This document shows, piece after piece, positions 45,752 to 58,542 of a DNA stretch of 64,000 nucleotides. Position 1 is the first letter of the stretch; the number at the start of each line of letters is the position of its first letter. A model generated the notes under the pieces. It was not told the DNA's origin. It saw only the letters and a program-made list of their open reading frames with translations, and searched no databases. The translations under genes were made by a program, and so were the position numbers. The DNA is from Eledone cirrhosa (lineage: Eukaryota): assembly GCA_964016885.1 (NCBI GenBank), contig OZ024742.1:244218001-244282000 (forward strand), read 5' to 3'.

Positions 45752-47073
45752 CTGTACTGCCTTTAAATACAAAATGAATCCTCTATAGTTTGAGTGAATT
45801 GGTTTAGTAATACTGTGTCCATTCAACCATTTTATTTCTAAGGAAGTTTTAACTTAAAGATGGGATAGGGTAAAAATATTATGAATGTTCAAGCTAATGG
45901 TTGTCTGTGCTGGGAGTGTGCCATTCTAGATTGTTCATGATCAATGAACTTCCTGACCTGAAATGTCAGCTGAAACTCTTTGATGCTAAAAATATGGATC
46001 ATATTGAACAAATGGTATAGTTCTAGTTGGGTGATTTCTATCAGAAGTAGACTTTGAAATAAGTAAACCAATGTTAACAAAGGCAGAGTATGATAAGTTG
46101 TTTAATACTTTGTAAGTAAAATGTTCAAATCCTTATATTTAAAAAATCCTTGATTGATCGGCAACCAGTTTAAGGGAAGAAAATATCTTCTTGGCTGTTT
46201 GATTAAATAAAACTGGGATAAACTACACCAAACTGCAATATATTTCAATGATAACATCAAGTAAAAGTAGAATTATTAAATATATCAGTAATAAATGTTT
46301 TACAACGAAAGTGTTCAGTATGGAAAAGATTTAACAATTGGTATACTCTATGAAAACGTAAATAGTTATCTAGATATAAAATAATGTTATTTTCAAAGTT
46401 TCAACTTAATATAAATAGTTGTGAAATTGTGAATATTTAAAGAAATATATGAAATAATAAAAAATGAGGAAACTTATCTTAACTGTTAAATTAGTTTTCA
46501 ATAAAAGTACTTATTTTCAGTATTTGATAATAGAGATATTGAAAATGTTACAAATAAATATTTAAACACTAGTACATAGGAAATCATTTCTTTTAACTTA
46601 AACTATAGATACAAAAACTGAAAATATTTTGAAATTTTCTATAAAAATGAAATTAACTTTTATGGCAAAAATGCTATTTCCTTTCAAAATGTTCTCTAAA
46701 TAGGTACACATTTATTTTAATCATGAGCAAGGGTTAAAAAAAAATATTCTTGGAAAATTCATTTATGATTGTGATGCACAAATTCTAAGAAAACTTCAGA
46801 AAAATTCAAGAAAAATGTTGATCACAACTAAATTTAAATTGGAAAAAAATATTGCCAGATTTAGCATACATAGTTCACTTGATTGGAACTATTTTAACTT
46901 CAATCTATCAGTCAAGAAGTAGAATAAAAGTACATATTTTTAAAGAAGGCCTATGGAATATTTGATTTAATAAATTCTGGTAGTTGGTAGTATACTTTAC
47001 ATTTATCACCCTACTTCATAATGAAATACAAAACCTCCTGATAGTAACCATGGTTCTATGATACAAATCTGTG

Positions 47074-47710
47074 TTAAACCTTTTGCATTTAACCGTTCAG
47101 CATTTACATTACTCTATATTTACTATTGTATTTTCACAGTAAAAGCTTTACCTCACATTATATCGAATCTATGAGATTTTGATATTATTTATTTTGAGAA
47201 TAATACCTTAACATCAGTATGAGTGGCTGGTTACAACTGGTTTGAACAGAAAGAGGTGAGAGAATTCTGGCTGGATAGGGCCAGTTTAACTCTTTAGCAT
47301 TTAAACCGGTCATATCCGTCCAGAATTCTCTCACCTCTTTCTGTTCAAACCAGCCACTCATACTGATGTTAAGGTATTATTGTCAAAATAAATAATATCA
47401 AAATCTCATAGATTCAATATTATTATTTCTACTTTTGGCACAAGGCCGGCAATTATCCCAGTGCATTACTGGTACTTTATTTTATCGACCTCGTAAGGAT
47501 GAAAGGCAAAGTTAACCTCGGCGGGATTTGAACTCAGACCATAAAGGGACATAACTCTTTGCTGCAAAGCATGGCGTCAAACCCTCTACCAATACTGCCA
47601 ATCTACTGCCCTCATAGATTCAATATTATGTGAGATAATTATGTGAGGTAAAGCCTTTACCATGAAAACACAATAGCATATATAGTGTAATGCAAATGCT
47701 AAAGGGTTAA
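47074..47710. mobile_element. Stack of piggyBac-type MITEs in opposite orientations (47089-47289 and 47286-47710) with nested SINE B (47424-47610)
   Basis: TTAA junctions at 47074, 47089, 47286 and 47707; SINE TSD ctcatagattcaatattat at 47405-47423 and 47611-47629. Confidence 0.88.
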
Positions 47711-47847
47711 AGTGTTTATTTTTACCTGATATCCTTCGATCATAAATAAATATATAAATTTCCACTTAGAACTATAATAGGTCCTAGCTAAATATTGTAA
47801 GACAACTGATTGTACCAATCTGTTACTGGGGGGTCATGATAATAATT

Positions 47848-48250
47848 ATTTCTACTTTAGGCACAAGGCCAGCAATTTGGGGGAAGGAAAATTGATTAAC
47901 CCTTTAGCATTCACATTACTCTATATATACTATTATATTTTCATGGTAAAGGCTCTATCTCGCATAATTATCTCACATAATATGGAATCTATGAGATTTT
48001 GAAAGTATTTATTTTGAGAACAATACCTTAACAACAGTTTGAGTGACCAGTTACAGCCAGTTTCAACAGAAAAAGGTAGAGAATTCTGGCCGGTTTGGGC
48101 CGGTTTGAACATTAAAGGGTTAAATGAACCCCAGTGCATTACTGGTGTTTTATTTATCAACTCTGTAAGGATGAAAGGTGAAGCTAACCTCGGCGCGATT
48201 TGAATGCAGAACATAAAGGGACGTAACTACATACCACAAAGCTGGTATCA
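47848..48250 (-). mobile_element. SINE family B interrupted by a piggyBac-type MITE (47896-48123)
   Basis: MITE sits at the SINE's gaTTAAat site with TTAA duplicated. Confidence 0.85.
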
Positions 48251-48269
48251 ATACAATAATACAGTTGGT

Positions 48270-49020
48270 CTGCTGATAATGATGATGATAATGATGATGG
48301 AAATGATGTTCATGATGATGGTGGTGGTGGTGGTAACGATGATGATGATGATGGTGGTGGTGGTGGTGGTGGTGGTGATGGCAATGATGTTTATGGTGAT
48401 GATGATGGTGGTGGTGGTGGTGGTGGTGGTGACGGTAATGATGTTTATGGTGATGATGATGGTGGTGGTGGTGGTGGTGGTGATGGCAATGATGTTTATG
48501 GTGATGATGATGGTGGTGGTGGTGGTGGTGGTGATGGCAATGATGTTTATGGTGATGATGATGGTGGTGGTGGTGGTGGTGGTGATGGCAATGATGTTTA
48601 TGGTGATGATGATGGTGGTGGTGGTGGTGGTGGTGGTGACGGCAATGATGTTTATGGTGATGATGATGGTGGTGGTGGTGGTGGTGATGGCAATGATGTT
48701 TATGGTGATGATGATGGTGGTGGTGGTGGTGATGGCAATGATGTTTATGGTGATGATGATGGTGGTGGTGGTGATGGCAATGATGTTTATGGTGATGATG
48801 ATGGTGGTGGTGGTGATGGCAATGATGTTTATGGTGATGATGATGGTGGTGGTGGTGGTGGTGATGGCAATGATGTTTATGGTGATGATGATGGTGGTGG
48901 TGGTGGTGGTGGTGATGGCAATGATGTTTATGGTGATGATGATGGTGGTGGTGGTGGTAACGATGATGATGATAAAAGATGGTGATGATGATGATGATGA
49001 TGATGAGGTGGAGGAGGAGG
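48270..49020. repeat. Minisatellite built from GAT/GGT triplets (unit about 39-54 bp: gatggcaatgatgtttatggtgatgatgat(ggt)n)
   Basis: About 13-14 units differing in GGT number. Confidence 0.95.
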
Positions 49021-49297
49021 ATGCAGTAGGAATTGCAAAAGCTACTCCGAGGAGGAGATTCACGGTTATGAAGCTGAAGCAAAGTGGAACTGTGAATCGC
49101 AGACTTTTCAATGAGGTTTAGAGCAACCTGAATCAAAGGAATCTGTTAATTTAATGCACTTTATGTTTGTGTAACAAGCTAAAACAACAACAATAACCAA
49201 ATCAAACTCAACTGTCTGTTAACTTTATTCTTTTCTCACATCAACTGACAACTGCTAACACACTTCAAACATCTGCCTCACTTAAATGTTTTGCAGC

Positions 49298-49850
49298 TTT
49301 TTCTTTCTTTCTTTCTTCCTTCCTTTTTCTCTCTTTCTTTCTTCCTTTCTTTTTCTCTCTTTCTTTCTTTCTTCCTTTTTCTCTCTTTCTTTCTTCCTTC
49401 CTTTTTCTCTCTTTCTTTCTTCCTTTCTTTCTTTTTTCTTTCTTTCTCTCTCTTTCTTTCTTTCTCTTTTTCTTTTCTTTCTTTCTTTCTTTCTCTTATT
49501 CTTTCTTTCTCTTTCTTTCTTTCTCTTTTTCTTTTCTTTCTTTCTTTCTTTCTCTTATTCTTTCTTTCTCTTTCTTTCTTTCTCTTTTTCTTTTCTTTCT
49601 TTTCTTTCTTTCTTTCCTTCTTTTCTTCTTTCTATCTTCTTTCTTTTTTCTTTCTTTATTTCTTTTCTTCTTTCTTTCTTTTTTCTTTCTTTCTTTCTTT
49701 TTTCTTTCTTTCCTTTCTCTTTCTTTTGTTTCTTTTATTTATTTCTTTTCCTTTCTTTCTTTTTTCTTTCTTTCCCTTTTTCTCTTCTTTTTTCTTTCTT
49801 TCTTTTTTCTCTCTTCTTTTTTCTTTCTTTCTTTTACCTTCTTTTTTTGC
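49298..49850. repeat. Polypyrimidine (CTTT/CT) tract
   Basis: About 550 bp almost entirely C/T. Confidence 0.97.
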
Positions 49851-49904
49851 CTTTGCCAATAAGATATTGTGATTGCTGCTTTCATAACAACGCTGCTGCT
49901 GCTG

Positions 49905-52900
49905 CTGTGATGAAGGTGGTGGTGACCTTGTTAATAGTGGTTGTGGTGGGGTGGTGAAGGTGTTGATGAGGGGGGGGGGTGCTGGTGCTGGTGCTGGTGC
50001 TGGTGGTGAAGGTGTTGATGAGGGTGATGGTAATGGCGGCTGTTATGTGACATTGTTGATGAGGTAGATAATGGTGGTGGTGGTGGTGGTGGTGGTGGTG
50101 AAAGTGTTGATGGTGATGGTGGCTGTGACATTGTTGAAGAGGAAGGTGGTGGTGGTGGTGGCAGCGGTGGTGGTAGTTGTGGTTGTGGTGGTGGTTGTGG
50201 TTGTTGTGGTGGTGGTGGTGGTTGTGGTTGTGGTTGTGGTGGTGGTTGTGGTTGTGGTTGTGGTTGTGGTGGTGGTGGCTGTGGTGGTGGTGTTGGTGGT
50301 GGTGGTGGTGGTTGTGGTGGTGGTTGTGGTGGTGGTGGTGGCTGTGGTGGTGGTGGTGGTGGCAGCGGTGGTGGTAGTTGTGGTTGTGGTGGTGGTGGTG
50401 GTTGTGGTTGTGGTTGTGGTTGTGGTGGTGGTGGCTGTGGTGGTGGTGTTGGTGGTGGTGGTGGTGGTTGTGGTGGTGGTTGTGGTGGTGGTGGTGGTGG
50501 CTGTGGTGGTGGTGGTGGTGGCAGCGGTGGTGGTAGTTGTGGTTGTGGTGGTGGTGGTGGTTGTTGTTGTGGTGGTGGTGGTTGTGGTTGTGGTGGTGGT
50601 GGTGGTTGTGGTTGTTGTGGTGGTGGTGGTGGTTGTGGTTGTGGTTGTGGTGGTGGTGGTGGTTGTGGTTGTGGTTGTGGTTGTGGTGGTGGTGGCTGTG
50701 GTGGTGGTGTTGGTGGTGGTGGTGGTTGTGGTGGTGGTTGTGGTGGTGGTGGTGGTGGCTGTGGTGGTGGTGGTGGTGGCAGCGGTGGTGGTAGTTGTGG
50801 TTGTGGTGGTGGTGGTGGTTGTTGTTGTGGTGATGGTGGTGGTTGTGGTGGTGGTGGTGTTGGTTGTGGTGGTGGTTGTGGTGGTGGTGTTGATGGTTGT
50901 TGTGGTGGTGGTAGTGGTTGTGGTGGTGGTGGTGGTGGTGGTGGTTGTGGTGGTGGTGGTTGTGGTGGTTGTGGTGGTGGTGGTGGTTGTGGTGGTGGTG
51001 GTTGTGGTGGTAGTGTTGATGGTTGTTGTTGTGGTGGTGGTGGTTGTTGTTGTGGTGGTGGTGGTGGTTGTGGTGGTGGTGGTGGCTGTGGTGGTGGTAG
51101 TGGTGGTGGTTATGGTGGTGGTGGTGGTGGTTGTGGTGGTTGTGGTGGCGGTGGTGGTGGTTCTGGTGGTGGTGTTGATGGCTGTTGTTGTTGTGGTGGT
51201 GGTGGTGGTTGTTGTGGTGGTGGTGGTGGTTGTGGTTGTGGTGGTGGTTGTGGTGGTTGTGGTTCTAGTGGTGGTGGTTGTGGTGGTTGTGGTTGTGGTT
51301 GTGGTTGTGGTGGTGGTGGTGGTGGTTGTGGTGGTGGTGTTGATGGTTGTTGTGGTGGTGGTAGTGGTTGTGGTGGTGGTTGTGGTGGTGGTGGTGGCTG
51401 TGGTGGTGGTAGTGGTGGTGGTTATGGTGGTGGTGGTGGTGGTTGTGGTGGTTGTGGTGGTGGTGGTGGTGGTTCTGGTGGTGGTGTTGATGGTTGTTGT
51501 TGTTGTGGTGGTGGTGGTGGTTGTTGTGGTGGTGGTGGTGGTTGTGGTTGTGGTGGTGGTTGTGGTGGTTGTGGTTCTGGTGGTGGTGGTTGTGGTGGTT
51601 GTGGTTGTGGTTGTGGTTGTGGTGGTTGTGGTGGTGGTTGTGGTGGTGGTGTTGATGGTTGTTGTGGTGGTGGTAGTGGTTGTGGTGGTGGTTGTGGTGG
51701 TGGTGGTGGCTGTGGTGGTGGTAGTGGTGGTGGTTATGGTGGTGGTGGTGGTGGTTGTGGTGGTTGTGGTGGTGGTGGTGGTGGTTCTGGTGGTGGTGTT
51801 GATGGTTGTTGTTGTTGTGGTGGTGGTGGTGGTTGTTGTGGTGGTGGTGGTGGTTGTGGTTGTGGTGGTGGTTGTGGTGGTTGTGGTTCTGGTGGTGGTG
51901 GTTGTGGTGGTTGTGGTTGTGGTTGTGGTTGTGGTGGTGGTGGTGGTGGTTGTGGTGGTGGTGGTGATTGTGGTGGTGGTGGTGGTGTGGTGGTGGTTGT
52001 GGTGCTGGTGGTGGTGATTGTGGTGGTAGTAGTGGTGGTGGTTATGGTGGTGGTGGTGGTGGTGGTTGTGGTGGTGGTGGTGGTGGTGGTTGTGGTGGTG
52101 GTTGTTGTGGTGGTTGTGGTTCTGGTGGTGGTGGTTGTGGTGGTTGTGGTTGTGGTGGTGGTGGTGGTGGTAGTGGTTGTGGTGGTGGTGGTGATTGTGG
52201 TGGTGGTGGTGGTGGTGGTGGTGGTTATGGTGATTGTGGTGGTGGTGGTGGTGGTGGTTATGGTGGTGGTGGTGGTCGTTGTTGTTGTTGTGGTGGTGGT
52301 GGTTGTGGTGGTGGTGGGTGGTGGTGGTGGTGGTTGTGGTGGTTGTGGTGGTTGTGGTGGTGGTGGTGGTGGTTCTGGTGGTGGTGTTGATGGTTGTTGT
52401 TGTGGTGGTGGTGGTGGTGGTTGTTGTTGTGGTGGTGGTGGTGGTTGTGGTGGTGGTGGTGGGGGTTGCGGTGGTGGTAGTGGTGGTGGTTATGGTGGTG
52501 GTGGTTGTGGTGGTTGTGGTGGTGGTGGTGGTGGTTGTGGTGGTGGTGGTTATGGTGGTTGTGGTTCTGGTGGTGGTGGTTGTGGTGGTTGTGGTTGTGG
52601 TTGTGGTTGTGGTTGTGGTGGTGGTTGTGGTGGTTGTGGTGGTGATTGTGGTGGTAGTAGTGGTGGTGGTTATGGTGGTGGTGGTGGTCGTTGTTGTTGT
52701 TGTGGTGGTGGTGGTTGTGGTGGTGGTGGGTGGTGGTGGTGGTGGTTGTGGTGGTTGTGGTGGTGGTGGTGGTGGTGGTGGTGGTGGTGGTGGTGGTTGT
52801 GGTGGTGGTGGTTGTGGTGGTGGTGGTGGTGGTTGTGGTGGTGGTGGTTGTGGTGGTTCTGGTGGTGGTGGTTGTGGTGCTTGTGGTTGTGGTTGTGGTG

Positions 52901-53763
52901 GTGGTTGTGGTGGTGGTGGTGATTGTGGTGGTGGTGGTGGTGGTGGTGGTGGTGGTTATGGTGGTGGTGGTGGTGGTTATGGTGATTGTGGTGGTGGTGG
53001 TGGTGGTGGTGGTTATGGTGGTGGTGGTGGTTGTGGTGGTGGTGGTGGTGGTTGTGGTGGTGGTGGTGGTGATTGTGGTGGTGGTGGTGGTGGTGGTGGT
53101 GGTGGTGGTGGTGGTGGTGGTGGTTGTGGTGGTTGTGGTGGTGGTGGTGGTGGTTGTGGTGGTGGTGGTTATGGTGGTTGTGGTTCTGGTGGTGGTGGTT
53201 GTGGTGGTTGTGGTTGTGGTGGTGGTTGTGGTTGTGGTGGTGGTTGTGGTGGTTGTGGTTCTGGTGGTGGTGGTTGTGGTGGTTGTGGTTGTGGTTGTGG
53301 TTGTGGTGGTGGTGGTTGTGGTGGTGGTGGTGATTGTGGTGGTGGTGGTGGTGTGGTGGTGGTTGTGGTGTGGTGGTGGTTGTGGTGCTGGTGGTGGTGA
53401 TTGTGGTGGTAGTAGTGGTGGTGGTTATGGTGGTGGTGGTGGTGGTGGTTGTGGTGGTTGTGGTGGTGGTGGTTGTGGTGGTTGTGGTTCTGGTGGTGGT
53501 GGTTGTGGTGGTTGTGGTTGTGGTTGTGGTGGTGGTTGTGATGGTTGTGGTGGTGGTTGTGATGGTTGTGGTGGTGGTGGTGGTGGTGGTTGTGGTGGTG
53601 GTTGTGGTTATGGTGGTGGTTGTGGTGGTGGTGGTGGTGGTGGTGGTTATGATGGTGGTGGTGGCGGTGCTGGCGGTTGTGGTGGTGGTGGTGTTGGTGG
53701 CGGTGGTGGTGGTGGTTGTGGTGGTGGTGGTGGTGGTTATGATGGTGGTGGTGGTGGTGGTGA
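49905..53763. repeat. 3.8-kb (GGT)n/(TGT) triplet satellite with higher-order duplications
   Basis: Direct inspection; for example a ~310-bp block repeated at about 51339 and 51651. Confidence 0.97.
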
Positions 53764-53899
53764 GGAATGCTGTAATGGTGGAGATTGTTGTGCAAGTAGA
53801 AGTGTTCTCCATGTAAGAGAACACCAAATTACTATATAATGTTATATAAACAAACAGATACTGAGAAATACTCATACTCATAAATATATTAACATACCT

Positions 53900-54100
53900 G
53901 TGCACACACACACACACAAACACACACACAAAATACATACATAATACAATATTTATATATACATATATATATAGGTGATTGTGTGTGTGTGTGTCTATGT
54001 GTGTACGTGTGTGTGTATATATGTGTGAGTGTGTGTGTGTATATATATAGTATATATATATGCGTGTGTGTATGTATATATATGTGTATATATATATATG

Positions 54101-54145
<45 letters not shown>

Positions 54146-54177
54146 ATATATAAGTATGTGTGTGTGTATATATATAT
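53900..54177. repeat. (CA)/(TG)/(TA) microsatellite
   Basis: Direct inspection. Confidence 0.93.
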
Positions 54178-55668
54178 CATCATCATCATCATCGTTTAAC
54201 GTCTATCTTCCACGCTAGCATGGGTTTAGTCGGGAATTGTCCCACGTGAGGCAAGATTGGTCATCTCGCTCGTACAGGACTATCTGGCAGGTTTTCTATG
54301 GCTGGATGCCCTTCCTAACACCAACCACGTTTACAGTGTGGACTGGGAGGTTTTTACCGTGTTACCTACACGGCCACATTACACCGTGGACTGTGTGTTT
54401 TTTTGTCGTGACACCTACACAACCTCATTTATTTAGGACTGGATTTTGTGGTACTAACATAACTTTACATCGAAAGGGGTGGTGTAGATGGGGGTGGGGT
54501 AGGGGTAGTGGGATGGCGGTGTATTTTTGGTTAGGAGGTGCCTACTGACTGTAGGTTTCGCTTTGTACTTAGGCAAGGCGAGTCTTCTGTATTACTGCGT
54601 AGTGCCAAAGATCTCGGTCCAGTGACATTGTCTTAGAGAGGTGTAAGTGTGTAAGGTCGGAATTTATCAAATCGTCCCAGGTTTTTCTGGGTCTGCCTAC
54701 CCCGTAGCTTCCATCTATTTTGATCGCCCTGCACTTTTTTATACAGCTGTCGTCTTTCATGCGCATCACGTGACCATACCAACGTAGTCTTCTTTCGAGT
54801 AAACAACATCTGATCCCTCTTATTCCTAATTTCTCACTTAGTTCATTTATGCTTTGCCATTCACGTATATTGCTATTACACATCCAACGGAGCATGCAAG
54901 CTTCGTTCCTCTCCAGTCTGCGCAGATCCTCTGCACACAATGCCCACGTCTCACTGCCATGTAACATTGCTGTTTGTATGCAGGCATCATACAGCGTGCC
55001 TTTCATTTTTAGAGAGAAACCTTTAGCGACCAATAGTGGCATAAGCTCTGTGAACTTTTTCCATCCCGTTCTGACTCTGGCTACTGTACTTTCAGAGCAC
55101 CCTCCACCACTGCTGATTTTGTCACCCAGGTAACAGAAGGTGTCCACTATCTTTATAGAACCACCAGGGCAATTGAAGGAGCTAGTATCCTGTGGGCACT
55201 TGCTACTACTTATTGCACCTGAGCACCAGCCACATATAAAATCTATGTTCTTAGTTAGCTTACCTGTGATCCCACTACATCCTTTATGCACCCATACTTT
55301 GCATTTGGGACATAAAATGGAGTTTCTGCCTACTCCTTTCCTACACACTGAGCATGGCCATTTCCCAGAGGGGACCAGTGCCCTATTTTCCTTCCTACAT
55401 ACTAGAACTTTAGTCTTAGACAAGTTAATTTTAAGGCCTTTTGATTCTAGGCCATGCTTCCATGTTTGGAATTTCTTCTCTAGTTCAGCCATTGATTCAG
55501 CTATGAGCATTAGATCATCTGCGTATGGAGGTTCCCATGGGCAGCCGGTCTTGAACTCCTCTGTTATAGCCTAATGGGCAATAATAAATAACCAACTTTT
55601 ACGCTAAATTATTCACTATATTCGTTGTTAATTCTAACCTTGCTGACTGTTTCTTTATACATGGCTTG
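54178..55668 (-). mobile_element. Second 5'-truncated copy of the same RTE LINE family
   Basis: Close match to 32881-34375. The QxSVLSP motif is deleted near 55590 and a 1-nt deletion lies just before YADD. The 313-aa C-terminal ORF (54569-55510) remains open. Confidence 0.95.
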
Positions 55669-56399
55669 TATATATATATATAAGTATGTGTGTGTATATA
55701 TATATATTGTTAAATTTAACTACTTCTCCATTACTTCAAGTTTCATGCTGAAGAAGTATTCATCAGATGATAGAATAACAAAGAAAGTTTTTGAAAATGG
55801 TAATGGAATTATTGTTAATATCAAGTGCCAGGGGTGCACATGTGTTATAAATGTCTTGTTGGTCTACAGTGAGGTACCTGTTTATCAATCATGTAGATCA
55901 ATCTGTAGATCAATCATGTTATATTTCACCTTTGTTATGTACAAAGTAAAATTTGTTTTTATGATGGCATATGGACATTATTTCTATCTCTTTTTAATGT
56001 ATCGATTTGCTGGATTATTATATTATATTTCTCTGGAGTGCATAGTTAGCACTGCCTTGCTCCATTTATGTAGGACTTGTTATACTAGTTCATTGTCTAT
56101 TCAATATCAAATCGGGCATCAGACCAGTCTTTCACCATATGGATCTAGTTAATTCTGTATTATTTTTCTATCCCTCACTCCTGAAATGGCTTTTAAATCT
56201 GCCTTTATACATGTTGATATAACATTTTTTTGGTTTCCATACTACTTGAGTTATTATCTTCATATTCAGAGTGTTTTCTGTTCAGTGGGACCTGTCCTTA
56301 GTTTGGCTACCTGTATGTTATTCTAAATCTACTCATTATAATGTTGCATTATTTCTTATTTCAACTGAAGCTAGCTTCAATATTGTTTTACAACTAACC

Positions 56400-57720
56400 T
56401 CCATATCTCAACTCTGTTGTACTCTGTGTTGACTGGATACTTTGTCCCTTACAACCCACTAGCAATGTGACTAGAGTAACAGAACTGGGTGTTTGGAGAC
56501 TACAATGTTTGGGATCTTGACTTGCCATCAAAGTTGCAGCATTTTGCACAGGCAGTTCTGGTAGAATCTATTAAGTTTGCTTTATCTCAACAAAGTTGGT
56601 AAAATAGCACTTATGTAGACCTTCATTTTAGTTTGGAAACTGAGATCCTTCTTTGTTCAGATGTTCTTGTAAAGACTACTGAAGGTGATGCTGAATTTAG
56701 TAATTTGGTAATTTTGATATAGACTTCATGATTCATATGGACTATTGTTGAAAGAATGCTGCCAAAGTATAGCAGTACAGTGTGGTCTTTGACCATGATA
56801 CCAAACACTACGTATTCTTTGCAAAGGACTGACTGGTATATAACTTTGGTTTCTTTTTTGCTGATGATGAGGCTGAAGTATTCATAGGCATAGGAGAATT
56901 TATTCATGGACAATTGCATCTCAGATTCTGCATCTACATTGAGAGCACAGCCATCCATACACTTGTACACAGTGTCCTTTTTCACCTTTTTGACCTCTAC
57001 TTGGAGTTTTCTCAGCTTGAAGAGCCTGTCATCAGGGCATATGGCAGACCTATCTTTTCTCTTTTAGAATATACCAGTTAGTATGACTGAAAAGATCATG
57101 CTGAAAACAGTTGGTGCCAGCACATAACTTTATTTAATGCTATTTTTGATTTGGAATATCACCATTCACTCTTTATCATTAATTACTCTGGCATGCATAA
57201 CCTCATGGAATGACTACCAGGGCAATATACTGTTCAAGACAGCCATACTAGACCATAATTGATTTCTAATTTAAGCACAAGGCCAGGAAGTTTGGGAGTA
57301 GGGCAAAATTGTTTAAATCAACCCCAGTACTTGACTGGTACTTTAGATTTTTGACTCCAGAAGGATGAAGGCAAAGTTGACCTTGGCAGAGTTTGAACTT
57401 AGAGTGTAAAGAGCCAGAACAAAAGCCACAATGGCATTTTACCTGATACTCTAACATTTCTGCCAGTCTATCAACTTTTCTTGGTTAGCAAGTATCAAAT
57501 ACTTTTTTTTTCAAATCAACAAAAGTTGTGTAGAGATCATGATGCTGTTCCTCACACTCCTCCAAAATTAGCCTGCTGCAAACACCATGTTGACTCTGTA
57601 TCACTTTCCTCTCTAAAGCTGCACTGATTCTCTTGTAGTAGGCTCTGTTCAAGGGGAATCACCATGTGGTTCAACATTACTCAGATGAGTCACTATACCC
57701 TACTGGTTGTTGCAGCACTG
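56400..57720 (-). mobile_element. Old RTE/BovB-like LINE remnant with SINE B (about 57260-57470) inside
   Basis: APTVFSMIFS, CAL..ESEMQLSMNKFS.A...FSLIISKKETKVIYQ, YFGSILS; heavily degraded. Confidence 0.7.
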
Positions 57721-58004
57721 ACAATTTCATCTAAAGTTGGATTGTTGAGGCATCACTGAACTTCACTGGAATATCCTCTTGAATCCACATTGATTATAAG
57801 AGCTTAGTAAGTTTTATGAGTAGCAGTGGAGTTAACCCCTACTTACAAAAGTCTCAAGAAACTGAGGAGGAATCAATTTAACTGAAGTTAGGTCATCTAT
57901 ATCATCAGTAAAATTTACAGTTGTAGATGTGTTGGACAGTTTTGGTTTAAAGAATAAATTAAATGCCAGTTGTTTGTTTTACTGATGTTGCACCCAAATA
58001 ATAA

Positions 58005-58210
58005 TTTATAATTTAGGCACAAAGTCAGCAATTTATGTGGGAGTAGAAAGTCAATTATATAGACCCTAATTCTTTACTAGTACTATATTTTATCGACCTA
58101 AAAAGGATGAAAGGCAAAATTGACCTTGGTGGCATTTGAACTCCAAATGTAAAGGGCCAGAATAAATACTGCTAACCATTTGTTTGGTGCTCTAATGACT
58201 CCACAATCTG
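58005..58210 (-). mobile_element. SINE family B, degenerate
   Basis: Family signature. Confidence 0.7.
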
Positions 58211-58542
58211 CACCCCAATTAATGAGATCCCTTAAGGATCTAAGATGTTGATAATATTGTTGAATATCAGTTTCTGTTGATGAGTCTATTTATAAAATAA
58301 CATTATCAGGAATTCTTGTACATCAAAAAGAATTTGGGTTTCTTAGAGAATAGTTCAGTAACTTCACCATCCTCAATATTTCTGCTGGCACCAATGAGAA
58401 TTTCATCCACTATTTCTTCTTCTGTGTACATTTTCTCTCCAGAGTCACTTATTGTGATTTCTAGCAAGGTTCTGATATCACCTATTTTGACATCTCTTTT
58501 GCCTGCCCTTTGAAATATACAATGAAAATATCTTGTCACTAC

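Noticed and set aside
48150-49136. 328-aa His-rich ORF (HHHHKHHC repeats), superficially like cephalopod His-rich beak proteins
   Set aside because: It is the translation of a triplet minisatellite that is open in several frames on both strands. Its end runs into SINE sequence, and I see no signal peptide or splice structure.
50071-53938. Long poly-Val, Gly/Cys-rich and poly-Thr/His ORFs (keratin-associated or mucin-like look)
   Set aside because: A G/T-only triplet satellite lacks stop codons by composition. Frames shift arbitrarily after 51985, and Gly is almost only GGT.
58306-58530. Acidic 106-aa minus-strand ORF as a host exon
   Set aside because: Its start is antisense RTE sequence. 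The remainder is more plausibly the decayed tail of the Tigger remnant at 59.5 kb, and I found no supporting neighbouring exons.
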